Positions 1 through 14,160 of a stretch of DNA of 64,000 nucleotides are shown piece by piece. The DNA comes from Octopus vulgaris (Eukaryota). A program made the translations under genes and the position numbers. Numbering within the stretch: position 1 is the first letter of the stretch; every line of letters begins with the position of its first letter. The DNA is taken from the NCBI GenBank assembly GCA_951406725.2, contig OX597827.1:49414001-49478000 (forward strand), given 5' to 3'. Below the pieces are notes generated by a model that was not told the DNA's origin, did not search any database, and saw only the letters and a list, made by a program, of their open reading frames with translations.

Positions 1-757
1 ATTTTCCCTTCTATAAATCAGTAAGCACTAATCACATATTAATGAATAAGTCGGATCGTGAAAACTTAAATAACGTAGTCAGTTGTATAATAATAGACAA
101 CTCGTTAAAGAAGCAGGCTGTGACGATATGAAACCATAGGGCAAGAGTTCTTTCGTTCCAGTTGACTTAAACCATTAATATCACAGGGAAATGAGTTTCA
201 CGATTTAATCTATCACTTCTGTAAGTGTATAAGAAATAGCTGAGGGCATATGGACTCTGATATAGGTTTAGCCGACCAGATGGCCATCAGTTTTTTTTAA
301 TCTTTTTAGTATTTATGTTATAATTCCCTGAAGGAGGAAAGGTAAGGAGTGCCTATGATTTGATATTAAAAAGGAAAGAGACAAAAACGAATTATTTTGT
401 CTGATATTTATCAATTTTTTCATGTGTGTGTATTTATTCTGTCAAAATTTGAGTCTGCTAAGAGTTTCTTCCCGAGAGCTAGGTTGTTCCACCATATAAA
501 ATATATTCAGTCGGCAACTCAGACTACGATATATATTTAAAGAATGAGAAAATGGAAAGATAATAAAATTATTTATAAATTATAAAATATGACAACATCT
601 CTGACAGCTGTTTCGATTGAGAAATTTTTAGATAATTAATTTATAAAATTGAAATCATTATAAGATAAATATCTTCAGAGGTACTAAGGATATACTGATT
701 AGAAATACATGCTGAGGTAACGACTAAGAAACCGTTAACGGTTTCTCCTTAGTCTTT

Positions 758-803
<46 letters not shown>

Positions 804-906
804 CCACGGTTTATATGGTTACCTTAGATGGTTTCTATAGATTGGTAACTAACCAATATTTTCATTGGATTTATGATCCCTTAATGAGGTTTATTGCCTT
901 TACTTG

Positions 907-941
<35 letters not shown>

Positions 942-1798
942 ACAGACAGTGGGGGATGACAGGAAGACAGCCGAAAACATGTAGTAATACAAAAACCTGG
1001 CGAACTTCGAAGACTGTGTAGTAAGATACTTAAAAAATGTGAGTGTCGTGGTTCCGAAGCCACTGGTCTCGGTGCGGTTATTTCAGAAAACAGTACAAAA
1101 ACCACCAGTCCTTAGCAGATTTAAAAGATATTTTGTACAAAATCAAAGGCAAATTATTCCTATTTATTTAACCGAGTGATGAAGAACAAGCAATAGACTC
1201 CTTGGCATATCGATTCTCCGACCCGGTTTCGATTCAAGACTGAAGGCATTTCATTTCACTTCTATTGTTCATGTTTCTTGTGAAAAGTATGAATGCTACA
1301 TTTTTATCGCTGTATTCTTTCTCCTCCCTCCCTCCCTCTCCCTTCTGTGCACTGAACGATGTTACCATAAACAGAAGTGTGATGGTAAACTAACGAGAAT
1401 GGTTTTCTAATTACATTTCAAATACAAACATTTCGCTTTGATTAATGTCACTAGTTTTTAACCGCTTTCTTAAAACCATTTCCTCATTTTTCAGTCTAGA
1501 ACAATCCTTAACCACGCTGTCAACATATGCACCATTGTGCAAATTAAGGCGGTTGTATTTCTGTTCGATGTTTGTATTACAAATTAAAAAATAAATAAAT
1601 TACAACTCTATAGTCAAGAAGATTATTAACCGATGTCAAGTGATGTAGTAATTAAAAACAACACTAAAACAACACTAAAAATATTTCAGGTCTTTATGAA
1701 CAGAGAAAAATAACGAGACTTAAAATGAACTTACTGAAAACAGTTGTAAATTTACCTTCAAACTCTCTCTCACACACAATATATATACATTACATTAC

Positions 1799-1840
<42 letters not shown>

Positions 1841-2261
1841 CAGACCCTTTTTCGGATGTCAGCATCCCGCTATTCTTGTTCATACGATCATACCTAGAAT
1901 ACTATCTCCCCATATCAAACGAAGCACTGAACCCCAGAAAAGTAAATACAAAAAAATGGCATGTTTTGATTGTTGGAACCGAAATTAAAATATTGAAAGT
2001 ATTCTCTCCAACGTCACGGTGAGTGCTATATCATTTGTACAACGTGAAGAATATACCACAAACATTGACCAAAATACCTTAACATCATGTTTACAATTCA
2101 TCCTAGCCTGAGACTCCGTGCCACGTGACCCCTACATAAATCAAACTCACGACACATAATCACAGAAAAATAACATGTGAAGAAAAATAACATATGGTAA
2201 TGAGATTGTATGCTGTGGGCTTGATTCTGTAGGAGGAATATTATAGTAATACTGCTTCAAT

Positions 2262-2458
2262 TTTTTGCACAAGGCCAGCAATTACGAGAGAAGTATTACG
2301 TCAATTGAATCAACCCAGTGTACTGATTTAATCTACCTTGAAAGGGACGAAGGGCAAAGTCGACCTCAGCGGAATTTGAACTCAAAATGTAAAGACGGAC
2401 GAAATGCAGCTAAGCATTTTGTCCAGCCCGCTCACGATTCTACCAGTTCGCCGCCTTG
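2262..2458 (-). mobile_element. SINE family B, diverged (further copies near 22990-23325, 24470-24680, 36860-36950, 52810-53020)
   Basis: AAAGTCGACCTC.GCGGAATTTGAACTC core and CGCCGCCTT head end. Confidence 0.7.
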
Positions 2459-4014
2459 TGATACTATTTAACATTATCCCAAAACAAATGAAAGAATAAA
2501 AAAGATCCCGAAGCCTTCAAACGATACTTGGATAATTTTTTTAAAGAATACCAGTCAAACCACATATTCCTCCATAAATCTCAGTCAACAAAAATTCCAT
2601 TCATGAATGAACTATGATACCACAAAACACGACTTAAAAATTAAAAGATTTTATCAACTGGTTCTGTTATGCCCGATATAGCCTGGGCCAACTTTCACAG
2701 AAACATGAGTTCATTTATATATATATATATCAAAACAGGAAATTGAAAAACATTTTTAGTGTTATTTATTCATCATTACACGTGTTTCATTTGCTAATAG
2801 GTGTTACAAAATTGTACATATAAGAGGAAACGTCCTATATGTAAGATACCTCCTATTAAAAGTGTCTCAGACAGAATCAGATATGTGCTTCAAGAGGACA
2901 CGGCTGGGATTATAACCCCATCTACATACTAAGACAAACACACTCACACATATATATACAGGCACGCACACACACACACACTTTTTGTTACAAATGATGA
3001 AATATTACTCATAATAGGATATAGCCTCGAGAGGGCTGATGTTTCGCTTCGACACTTCGTTGTTTTTCGCAACGTGCGGTTGATCAGACAACGAGATGAA
3101 CCTTGATATTAAACGATCGGCCGAAAGTGACAGAAACTTTCCGAATAGTCAGTGCGTCTATCCTCAACGGTCCTAATGTGTGTGTGTGTGTGTGTTGCAT
3201 TGTATTTAATGGAAACTTATTCCGTAAAAATTGATGAGTTATTTCGTAGAAAAAAAAAAACAGTTCTATAATCCTTCCCTTCTGTCGTGCGAGAAGAGTA
3301 TTTGATGATTTTTGATACAAAACCTAATTTATTTCATTCTCTTTCTTTATGCAGTCGAAAATGGAAACGGAAAAGACAGAGGACGTCTTAACAGGTCCTC
3401 TTTCCATTTTCACTCTTTCATATTCTCTTTCTCTCTCTCTCAAAAACGAATGAGCATTTTCAAATATAACGAAAGAAACTGTCTTTAATCCTGGTGTCGA
3501 AACAACCAAATATTGAAGCAACCATATCATTTCTTCTTTAATCACTTTTAACGCAAGTCATGAATATCAAATCATTCCGTTACACTTTCTCGTTACATAC
3601 ACACACTTTCAGTATCAAAAGTACCAAATATATCTTATTTAGACTGAAATCATAACATTCAGAGTTTGTGTGTGCGCGTGTGTGTGTGTAGTCAAGAGGT
3701 CTTGAGTTTGATAACAGTACGTTGAATAAATGTCTTCTACGTTAGCCTTGTATCATTCAAAATATTTCAGAGTAAAGTGAGTTACCAGAAGCTGATTGGA
3801 AACCCACCTAAACAGGTTACACCTGTAAGTCAAAAGTCATAAAAACTGTCATTCGAAAGTGATACAACACCTCTTCTCACTAGAGATTTAGTTAAAAATA
3901 CAAGTGTACTGTGGAACACTAAACCTACACTAAGTGTCAATGAGTTTGGAGTTGTGTTAATAAAATAACAGGAACACACATTCGTCGAAACGGAGGCCAG
4001 AAATCTGTCATAAT

Positions 4015-4630
4015 GTATATACGTATGTATGTATGTACATATGTTTAAATGTGTGTATATGCGCTTACGTATATATCTACTTGTATACGTTTATACTTAA
4101 GCAGGTATGTATGTACGAATTATGTATGTACGTACGTATAATTATGCATGTACATATGTGATTACGTACGAAGGTGTGTATAATATATATACGAAGGTGT
4201 GTATAATACATACGAAGGTATGTATAATACATACGAAGGTATGTATAATACATACGAAGGTATATGTCGTAATGTAGATACGTATGTATGTACATATGTT
4301 TAAATGTGTGTATATGCACTTACGTATATATCTACTTGTATACGTTTATACGTAAGCAGGTATGTGTGCACGAATTATGTATGTACGTACGTATAGTTAT
4401 ACATGTGCATATGTGTGTACGTACGAAGGTGTGTATAATACATACGAAGGTATATGTCGTAATGTAGATACGTATGTATGTACATATGTTTAAATGTGTG
4501 TATACGCACTTTATGTGTGCACGAATTATGTATGTATGCATGTACGTACGTATAATTATGCATGTACATATGTGTGTGCGTACGAAGGTGTGTATAATAC
4601 ATACGAAGATATATGTGCGTACGTTTATAT
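4015..4630. repeat. Higher-order tandem repeat (about three units of 160-260 bp) rich in TACGTA
   Basis: TATGTACATATGTTTAAATGTGTGTATA recurs near 4032, 4287 and 4477; internal 24-bp repeat TGTATAATACATACGAAGG. Confidence 0.85.
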
Positions 4631-5229
4631 ATACATATATTTATTTATACGTATGTATATAAGAATATACATAAGTATGCATGTTTGTTCGTCTATGGGT
4701 ATGTACGTATATACGAATACCCATCGACAAAGATACTACAAATACAAGATGGATTATACCTATAATACATTGTAAAAATATTGTCATTCAGATGTTATAT
4801 AGATTATCCGCGGGGATTTGCATTAAAGACGGATGTGTAAATTTTATAACAGCCAAAAGAACTGTAATACTTTTTTTGACAGTCCCACTGATCAAACAAG
4901 GGGAATATAAATTTGTTGATATCAATACGAAATACATCATCAAGTGTGCATGAATGTGTGTGTGTGTGCACGCTGAATGATAAGCCTTCCTGCCAAATCA
5001 ATACAGAGCGAAGCTATAAACGAGCGTGTACATTGTATGTTGTGTATTAAAAAATAATCGATTATTTTCACGTTTTACCATTTGATATGAAATCATTTTG
5101 TTTCCTTTTAGTTACGATAAGAAATAAAAATGTTTAATTTTTATCCTTTTTTAAATTTTTTTTGTAAATAAACTACCAAGTAAAACAAAAAATACATACA
5201 TTCGTGCATAACAGTATATATTTGCACAC

Positions 5230-5617
5230 AAATGTGCGTATATATATTACTTATTTGTATATATATATATACATATATATACATATATATAGACATCTAC
5301 ATATATACATCTACATATATATACAAATGCATATATCTACATATCCATATATCTACATACATATACATATATATATACATATACATATATATACATCTAC
5401 ATATATATACATATGCATATATCTACATATATATATACATATGCATATATCTACATATATATATACATATGCATATATCTACATACATATATATATGCAT
5501 CTACATATATATACATATGCATGCATCTACATATATATACATATGCATGCATCTACATATATATATACATATGCATATATCTACGCATCTACATATATAT
5601 ATACATATGCATATATC

Positions 5618-5668
<51 letters not shown>

Positions 5669-6266
5669 TTACACATATATGTACATAAACATAGATATGT
5701 GTGAGTATGTATATATACATTTGTATGTGTATGTATATATACATTTGTGTGTGTATGTATGCATATATATTAGTTGTTGCTGCTGTTATTGATTTTGAAG
5801 ACATTTTTCTTATTACTATTTACCTTTTTTTCCTTTGTATTTTGATAGATCTGTTAAATATATATACATATAATACAGTGTTACAAAATATATGCAGATA
5901 TACCAAAACACATGCATACATCTACACACACATACACACAATAATGTAAATATATATAACTATACACATATTTATACACATGATATATATGTATATGATT
6001 AATGCGTGTATATAAATATATATATATACATACACACACATTCATATGGCTGCATTTGTATAAAAACATATACATAGCTTTATTTGTGCGTGTAAAACAT
6101 TTACAGATAGATAGGTTTGCTATAATCTGAAATTTATATATATATATACATACATATATATATATAGATATATATATATACATATATATATATACATATA
6201 TATACATATATATATATAAAGATACACAAAAATAATACAAACGGATATATTTATAACACAAATACA

Positions 6267-6319
<53 letters not shown>

Positions 6320-6360
6320 TGTGTGTATATGTGTTTATGTATGTATAAATGTATATAATT
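5230..6360. repeat. TA/CA compound microsatellite with ATGCATCTACAT units
   Basis: Directly visible low-complexity array. Confidence 0.9.
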
Positions 6361-7214
6361 TAAATTACAAAATATAGTATAGTCTCCAATTTTTGCTTAC
6401 ATTTCTTTTTATTGGTTATCTCCCTTCTTTATATATTCTACTCTATATTTTTATCCGGTTTGTTCCATGTTGCTTTCGTTTGTTTGTTTTCGTTTTTTCT
6501 ACCGTTTATTTTTAAAATAAATTTTGTTTAGTTTTGTTACATTATTTTAAATGTTCCAATTGTGAGCAGAAACGAGTCAAAAAAAAGAGAAATTAAAATA
6601 AAGGAAGAAATTTAAAAGAACGAGGGAATTGAAGAAAGAGTAGTTTTTTTTTTTTTTTTCGTCTACGCCGTATTTTACTGCTTTCTATAAAATCGTATCA
6701 TCAGATTTTGACATTTATATCCCAGTCTGCACGTGTCAAAATGTAAACAATATAGAGAATTGGAAACTGGAAGAAGACATGTATGTAATTTTCGAAAAGG
6801 ATTTTTTTTTTCCAGGATGTGGGCGTGAGAATAAAGAAGAAAATATATTAAAAAAAAGTATTTATTTACTTCAAGTTGTTTTCTTTTCATTTATTTATAA
6901 TTTTATTTATGCATATCTTTTTTTTTTTTTGCTTCATGATATCTATTTATATACTTATTACTGTAGGTTTTACTGAATATAATGTAGAGTTGTCACTTCG
7001 GAAATGATTTCTTTTAGACATCATACATACAAACATTATATATATATGATAAATTCAAATGTGTGTATGTGATATATACATATGTATATGATACGTGTGG
7101 TGTGTGTCTATGTGTGATATACTTATAGATATATCATTTAATGTACACAGTATAAGAATACGAGCTATTAATATCTTCTTGCTTTTGAGACACGTGACTA
7201 GGCATTTTTCTCTT

Positions 7215-7273
<59 letters not shown>

Positions 7274-7589
7274 CAGATAAGATACACACATATAAGATAC
7301 ATTGTATTAACATCTTGTGTTACTCCAATCAGTCCTAGGTCTCTGAGCACATGGTCTATTCTATTTGAAAATAAGGACGCTGGGACATAGAGACATCACA
7401 AGTAAGAATGAGACGGTTGGTGCAGAATATGGAAGGGAGATAAAAAAAAAACGAGAAAGGAAAGAAAAGAAATAGTTCTGGCCGTAAAAGCCATAACTAA
7501 ACTACTTGTTGTTGGATAATGCAACGGAGAATGTTCCAAAGTCTGCATGCAGTTGTTCAGTTCGGAGAGGATGGTGTCCTCCATTTCAC

Positions 7590-9395
7590 TAATAGAAATT
7601 TGTCGATATGCCTGCAATTGTTGGAATTTTCATATCTTGAATTAAGTAGTGAGGTGGAATTTTGAAATCTAAAAAGAATGTACTATCTTTCAGCTACGCA
7701 TAACTTGCATATCTTAGATCCATTTACATATGGCATGGATTTCTCAAAGACTCTCCACTTGATTTTATGCGAGGTACCAACTTAGTGGCTAGCCGATTTA
7801 GTGACTTTACTTTTATTTATGTGCCGGAATAGGTGGTTTGCATTACGTCTTTTGAAATCGCTTTCGCCATAAATCGGTGTAATCTTTCTTTTCACTTGGA
7901 GATCTTAGGAACACTATAGACGACGGAGTTTATTATACAGGCCTGCGCAAGTGAAAAAGCTTTAGGGAGTCGACAATTACAACTGAGAGCAGGCTCTTGG
8001 TGATGCTTACGAGTGATAAGGATCTTCATATTCAGACAGCAGCTATATGATATTTTTATCGAACATCTCTTAAAAAAATATTCCTGAATTTATGGTCTAC
8101 TGTGAAATGCTTATCTAAAAGACAGGAATTTCTGACCTGCATTAGTTTTAATATTTAGAAAGAAATGAAGTGGGGAGGTCGAACCTATTTTCCTAAATCT
8201 GTTTTTAGGCTTATTTTTATGATATATATTTCTACTTGAAGAAATGCAATATATCTTATCTCTGAAGCTGTTGTTAGCTAGGACTCTGTTACAGGAATTG
8301 CCTTATCAAATATTTTTTAAAAGGAGATTAAATATCATATTAATCATGTTAGCTATCAGGTTTTTAAACACTATAGGAGGTGACAGGATTATTTGTATAT
8401 AGGAGAGTTCTTCGTTTGGTTTGCGGTATGGTTTATAGGTGTGGGAGTTTAGATCTAGAGAAACATCTAGAAAATAGACTTTTGACAGAATAGTGGGACA
8501 GTGATTTTGAGGCATAATTGACCAAAGATATGAGTCTTTCCTAATTTTATCGAGAGTGTAATCATCACAGCCATGAGATATTCACAACCCATCGACCCGG
8601 TATAGGCCAATATCGTGGGCTGGAAACTTGTTTCTCAGTGTATTTAATATAAGATCGCCTACAAGATCGCAGATGTCCGCACCGATGCATCGAACAATTC
8701 ATCTGCATCAGAGTTCTAATCCATGCCGAGCCCTTACTAAACAGAAGTGTTTTCCTGCATACATGATAAAGTCCAGGTCTATGTGGTCAATAGTGACACG
8801 TGTTTTTTACGAACTCAATCGCCTTATCAAGCAACGATCTCGAGACTGAGGGATAAAAACTTATATCAAACTAGCAGTATCGCCCGGCGTTGCTCGGGTT
8901 TGTAAGGGAAATAACTATATAAGCATTTTTAGAGAGTTACTTCCCTTATAGATGCCAATTCGGGCTTTCTTAGCCATTTCTGTTTTGGTGTCTTCAAGCC
9001 ATGAAGTCGTTGTTCTAAAAGAACGCTGGTCTCCTTGACAACGCTTTACGACATTGATTTCCTTACACTCCCTTCCCCACAGCTTCACGAGGGAGGGAAG
9101 AAGGGGAGAAGCAAACAGGTGCAGGTGTTTGAGCGTAGACGCCAACTCCGCCACCATAGACACACGAAAAATAATGCATTAAAATGGAATAAAAAATGAT
9201 GTTAAATTATTTTTAAAATCGTAGACTCATCGTAGACGCGCGCTAATACTCAGACGGGCTCGATATGAATCACGACTATAAGATACCCGAATTTGGTTAA
9301 ACTGCACCGCAAAATGTGGGAGTAGTTAGGAATCTAAATCGTAGGAGACAGACACACAACTTGACTTTTATATATAAAGATTATGTAAATCTACC
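7590..9395 (-). pseudogene. Degenerate Penelope-like element (RT + GIY-YIG), interrupted by a Helitron
   Basis: Minus-strand fragments FDI.FYPSV..LLDKAI, GADICDLVG, IGLYRVDGL, FLDVSLDL..YKPYRKPN, NCR...C..NSVVY and LLNSR.E...CRH..KF; many stops and frameshifts. Confidence 0.8.
8871..9380 (-). mobile_element. Non-autonomous Helitron (510 bp)
   Basis: Minus strand starts TC (TCTTTATATATAAAA), has subterminal hairpin CCCGAGCAACGCCGGG, ends CTAG, sits between host A and T with no TSD. Confidence 0.85.
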
Positions 9396-9749
9396 TACCT
9401 GTCCCATTCCCTTCATCTACAGCCAGACAGCCAGGCAGATATGTATTCGCATACATATGTACAGGGACAGATACATTGATATATGCATATACACCTATGT
9501 ACACTACACACACGTAACATATACATAGATAAAACCGAAGCTTCAAAGTCTCATAAGTCCGATCTTCAAACGGTTTAGCAAACTGAAACATAAACACACT
9601 GGAAATATTTCATTGTCAAAGTACAGGCTGGTCGAGTTGAAGGAAACAAAAATATAACATATATTCAGTGTCTTCTTTTCATTTGCACTTAAGTGTTTAC
9701 CTTCATCCTTCTCTTTATCTCTGCATACACACATAAATACACTTATGTT

Positions 9750-10544
9750 AGGAAGGAAGGAAGGAAGGAAGGAAGGAAGGAAGGAAAGGAGGAGGAAGGA
9801 AGAAAGGAAGAAAGGAAGGAAGGAAGGAAGGAAGGAAGGAAAGGAGAAAGGAAGGAAAGGAGAAAGGAAGGAAAGGAGAAAGGAAGGAAGGCAGGAAGGA
9901 AAGGAGAAAGGAGAAAGGAAGGAAGGAAGGAAGGAAGGAAGGAAGGAAGGAAGGAAGGAAGGAAGGAAGGAAGGAAGGAAGGAAGGAAGGAAGGAAGGAA
10001 GGAAGGAAGAAAGGAAGGAAGGAAGGAAGGAAGGAAGGAAGGAAGGAAGGAAGGAAAGGAAAGGAAGGAAGGAAGGAAGGAAGGAAGGAAGGAAGGAAGG
10101 AAGGAAGGAAGGAAAGGAGGAGGGAAGGAAGGAAGGAAGAAAGGAAGGAAGGAAGGAAAGAAAGGAGGAAGGAAGGAAGGAAGGAAGGAGGAAGGGAAGG
10201 AAGGAAGGAAGGAAGGAAGGAAGGAAGGAAGGAAGGAAGGAAGGAAGGAAGGAAGGAGGAAGGAAGGAAGGAAGGAAGGAAGGAAGGAAGGAGGAAGGAA
10301 GGAAGGAAGGAAGGAAGGAAAGGAAGGAAGGAAGGAAGGAAGGAAGGAAGGAAGGAAGGAAGGAAAGGAGGAAGGAAAGAAGGAAGGAAAAGAGGAAAGA
10401 AGGGAGAAAAGAAGGAAGGAAGGAAAGAAAGAAGGAAGCAAGGAAAGAAGGAAGGAAGCAAGGAAAGAAGCAAGGAAAGAAGGAAGGATATAGATACATA
10501 CATACATACATACATACATACATACATACATACATACATACATA
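9750..10544. repeat. (GGAA)n polypurine tract of about 740 bp followed by (CATA)n
   Basis: Directly visible. Confidence 0.97.
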
Positions 10545-10762
10545 CGGGAAGTACTGAAAAGTTCCTGGTTTTAAGGGTATAGCGAAAGGCCTTGTCTGAG
10601 GGCCAACCTCCGAGTCCTTTTACAGGGGTTAGAAAAACTGACTGACTGCTGTGTGTGATGACTGTGTGAATCTGAGAGAGGATTATGTTGAACAAAATCA
10701 TAATTAACTGATATTCCAATATTTTCTTTTACCCAAAGCCAGGAAATTTTCAGCACCCCTCG
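10545..10762. mobile_element. Mariner-derived MITE
   Basis: Imperfect TIRs CGGGAAGTACTGAAAAGTTCCTGG / CCAGGAAATTTTCAGCACCCCTCG with TA on both sides. Confidence 0.75.
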
Positions 10763-11059
10763 TACAAACATTCATGCATACACACACACACACACACTAA
10801 AGTATTTGTATTTTTATGTGCTTTCAACATAATTCGGTCAGGCTGAATAAAAAGAGCAGAAAATTGAATAGTATCAATGCAAATATAGAGAGATGGATAT
10901 AAGAAATATACATAAAGACTCCAGAATTGAGCGTTGGTGATAGAATGTTAACAAAACAGGAGAGTATTGGAGAGAAATTAAGTTTGAGTAATGTTTGCAT
11001 ACGTTTCCATGTGTCTCTGTGTATATCCTCAATCTACAAGCAAGTGTATGTAAATATCT

Positions 11060-11074
11060 GAATGTATATATATG

Positions 11075-11132
<58 letters not shown>

Positions 11133-11206
11133 CACCAGTGCAAATGTATAAAATATGATGTATGGTTGTCTTTTGATGGGAATTTTGGTGTTATACAAGA
11201 TCAGAT

Positions 11207-11272
<66 letters not shown>

Positions 11273-11845
11273 AAATTAAATCTGTGTACATGTATATATG
11301 CATGTGCATATAAATATATATTGCACACATATACATACACACATGCATACCCATTTACACATACATATGCACATATATTATATATATATATACATATATA
11401 GATATATATACATACAGACATGCATATACATACATGCATGCTTACATACATACGTACATATATGCATGCATACATACACACATACATATATGCCTATACA
11501 TATATGCATGCATACATACGCACATACACACATGCATACACACATAAATACATGCATATATGCATTCATGCATACATACACACATGCATCCACACATACA
11601 TGCATATATGCATGCATACAAACATAGATGCATACATACATACACCCACACACACATGCATATATGCATGCATGCATACATACACACATGCATCCACACA
11701 TACATGCATATATGCATGCATGCATACAAACATACATGCATACATACATACACCCACACACACATGCATATATGCATGCATACGCACATACATACGTGCA
11801 TATGTGCATGCATGCGCACACATGCATGCATGCATAAACACACGA
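11060..11845. repeat. (TA)n plus CATG/CATA compound satellite
   Basis: Directly visible; includes higher-order repeats such as CACACATGCATCCACACATACATGCATATATGCATG. Confidence 0.9.
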
Positions 11846-12683
11846 ACATATAATCAGTTTTAAGTGTATATGTTGAGAATACATACGTAGGTTACGTACA
11901 TAGTACAAAACAGCAAAAATACGCATAAATTTATAAAGATATCGCACAGCGTAAAAATCAAACGATCCTATATTCTTATATATTTAAATACGATACATAT
12001 TTACAGAAATATATGCCTTGTTACTGCACAGAAGAGCGTGAGTATATGCTGTACGCATATGTGCGTGTATATATGTTGTATACGCATCTGTGCGTGTGTG
12101 AGAGAGCACGCGGTATTATATGAATATGTATTCCTATATAATGAAAAAAAACTGCTTTGCGAATGCTTAAAGTAAGTAGGATGAGTGAAAAAAATATATA
12201 TAAAACTATTATTAACGCTGAATATTTTACAGTTTGTAACATTTGCCTAGACAGAAAATCGCGGGCATGCGCTCTCACGTGAGTGTGCGTACGCATGTGT
12301 ATGGTACTTTCTGAAGAATGCAGGAAGATAATACGCAAGAAATGTTGATTCTCTTATATTTGCATAAAATGTAGATTATTTAAGTTATATGTGAAATCTT
12401 ATGCGTGTGTATATACATACATAGATGTAAATGTACATATAAAGCATATATATGTATTTGAATATACTTATAACGACGCACGTATACATACGTGTGTGTT
12501 TGTATGTGTGTCTAAATACATCGAAAGGGTGATGGATGTATATATAAATCTTTTCGGATAGATAATACAGGTGGTATATAGACTGACGGAAAAGCAATCA
12601 TATGTAGATATTTATGCATATAAATTTTATATGTATAAACAAGCATATCTGTGCATGAGTATATATGTGTGTGTATAAATTTA

Positions 12684-12773
<90 letters not shown>

Positions 12774-13599
12774 CGGGTACTAATAAGCACCTGCTTTGCT
12801 GAAGATAGGAGTAAAAAAACTCCGAAACCAGAGAAGAATCACTAAATTAATACAGGCATGATAGGAAAAGCAATTAGGTGAATAAGAGCTGTGCGTTACC
12901 TCTGCAAAGGTTGCGGAAGGAATGGCAGTTAATCTGATATCATATTTTCGAATTTAGCGCCAAAGATAAGACAATTCTTTTTCACTTAATTTTTTTCCTA
13001 TCATGCCTGTATTAATTTAGTGGTACTTCTGTAGCTTCAGAGATTTTGACTCCTATCTTTAGCAAAGCGGGTGCTTATTTGTACCCTCTTATACATAAAT
13101 ATATTTCATACTTTATATATATCTTAATTTTACATATACGGATTTTACGCTTGCGACCACTAATGTTATTTTTATGAATGATAACGTTCTTATATATATA
13201 TATGTGTGTGTGTGTGTTTGTGCGTGCGCGCGCTTATTCAATACATAAATATATACATAAATGTGTGCATCTACACATATATATTCATACATACAGACTT
13301 ACATTCACATTATAGATGAGTGTTACTTCAAGTTTCATTCTCGAAAAGTACAATATTCGACCGTACTTATATAATGTGCTAACCTGACAGTCATAACGTT
13401 CTTGGAAGCAAAATAAATCAGGACATGGGAGCTGAGTTTATTATAAAATACCCTACATAGATACACAGAACATTCATTCTGAGTGTGAATGACAAAATGT
13501 GACATATTTTAGAAATATATATAAGTATCAATATGACGCTGGTAAGTTTTCAGAGTATAAGTATAGTATCGGGAGAATATCAGATCATATGGCTAGTGG

Positions 13600-14160
13600 G
13601 AATATTTAAATAGAAGAAAGGTTGATGCATGTCTAACCTGGTGAGGTTGGAGGGATATCTGCTATTTTGACAACCGAAATTTGTTTCGGTATTTCTGTGA
13701 TGTATACATCTAGACAAATTTATGCTGTCAAATTGGATGATTACCCACACTTCAACAGTTTAGGCTCACATTGGCCTTTTACTTATCCAAGTATCCCCTG
13801 CTCGCCATGGATTTTCACTTTCTCTTATTGATACACCTTGCACTGAAGACTTACTATCTCAATATTGAAAGCTATTTCCAAAGATAAATTATATTGCATA
13901 AATACTCACTATGAACAATATTTATCCTCTGTATGTAGAACATTTTAACAAACCCAACTTCCATGCCCTGTTTAAAGGAATATTAACCTAACTTTCAAGA
14001 ACAGAATTGCTCCCACTTCTTTTAGAACGTTTTCCTCCTCATGTTTTCACTAATTGCCATTTTTCGCGCGCCTGGATGATTTCTGGATAATACCCTGGAG
14101 ACATTAGATAAGCGCTGCTGAATATTGCACTTTTCTACTACGATACTTGAAGGAGTTCAT
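13600..14160 (+). pseudogene. Possible highly decayed Penelope-like RT
   Basis: Only weak motifs (ILTMNNI, FARLDDFWII) in different frames. Confidence 0.3.

Noticed and set aside
9543-10719. FLPS- and EGRK-repeat ORFs
   Set aside because: Artefacts of (GGAA)n.
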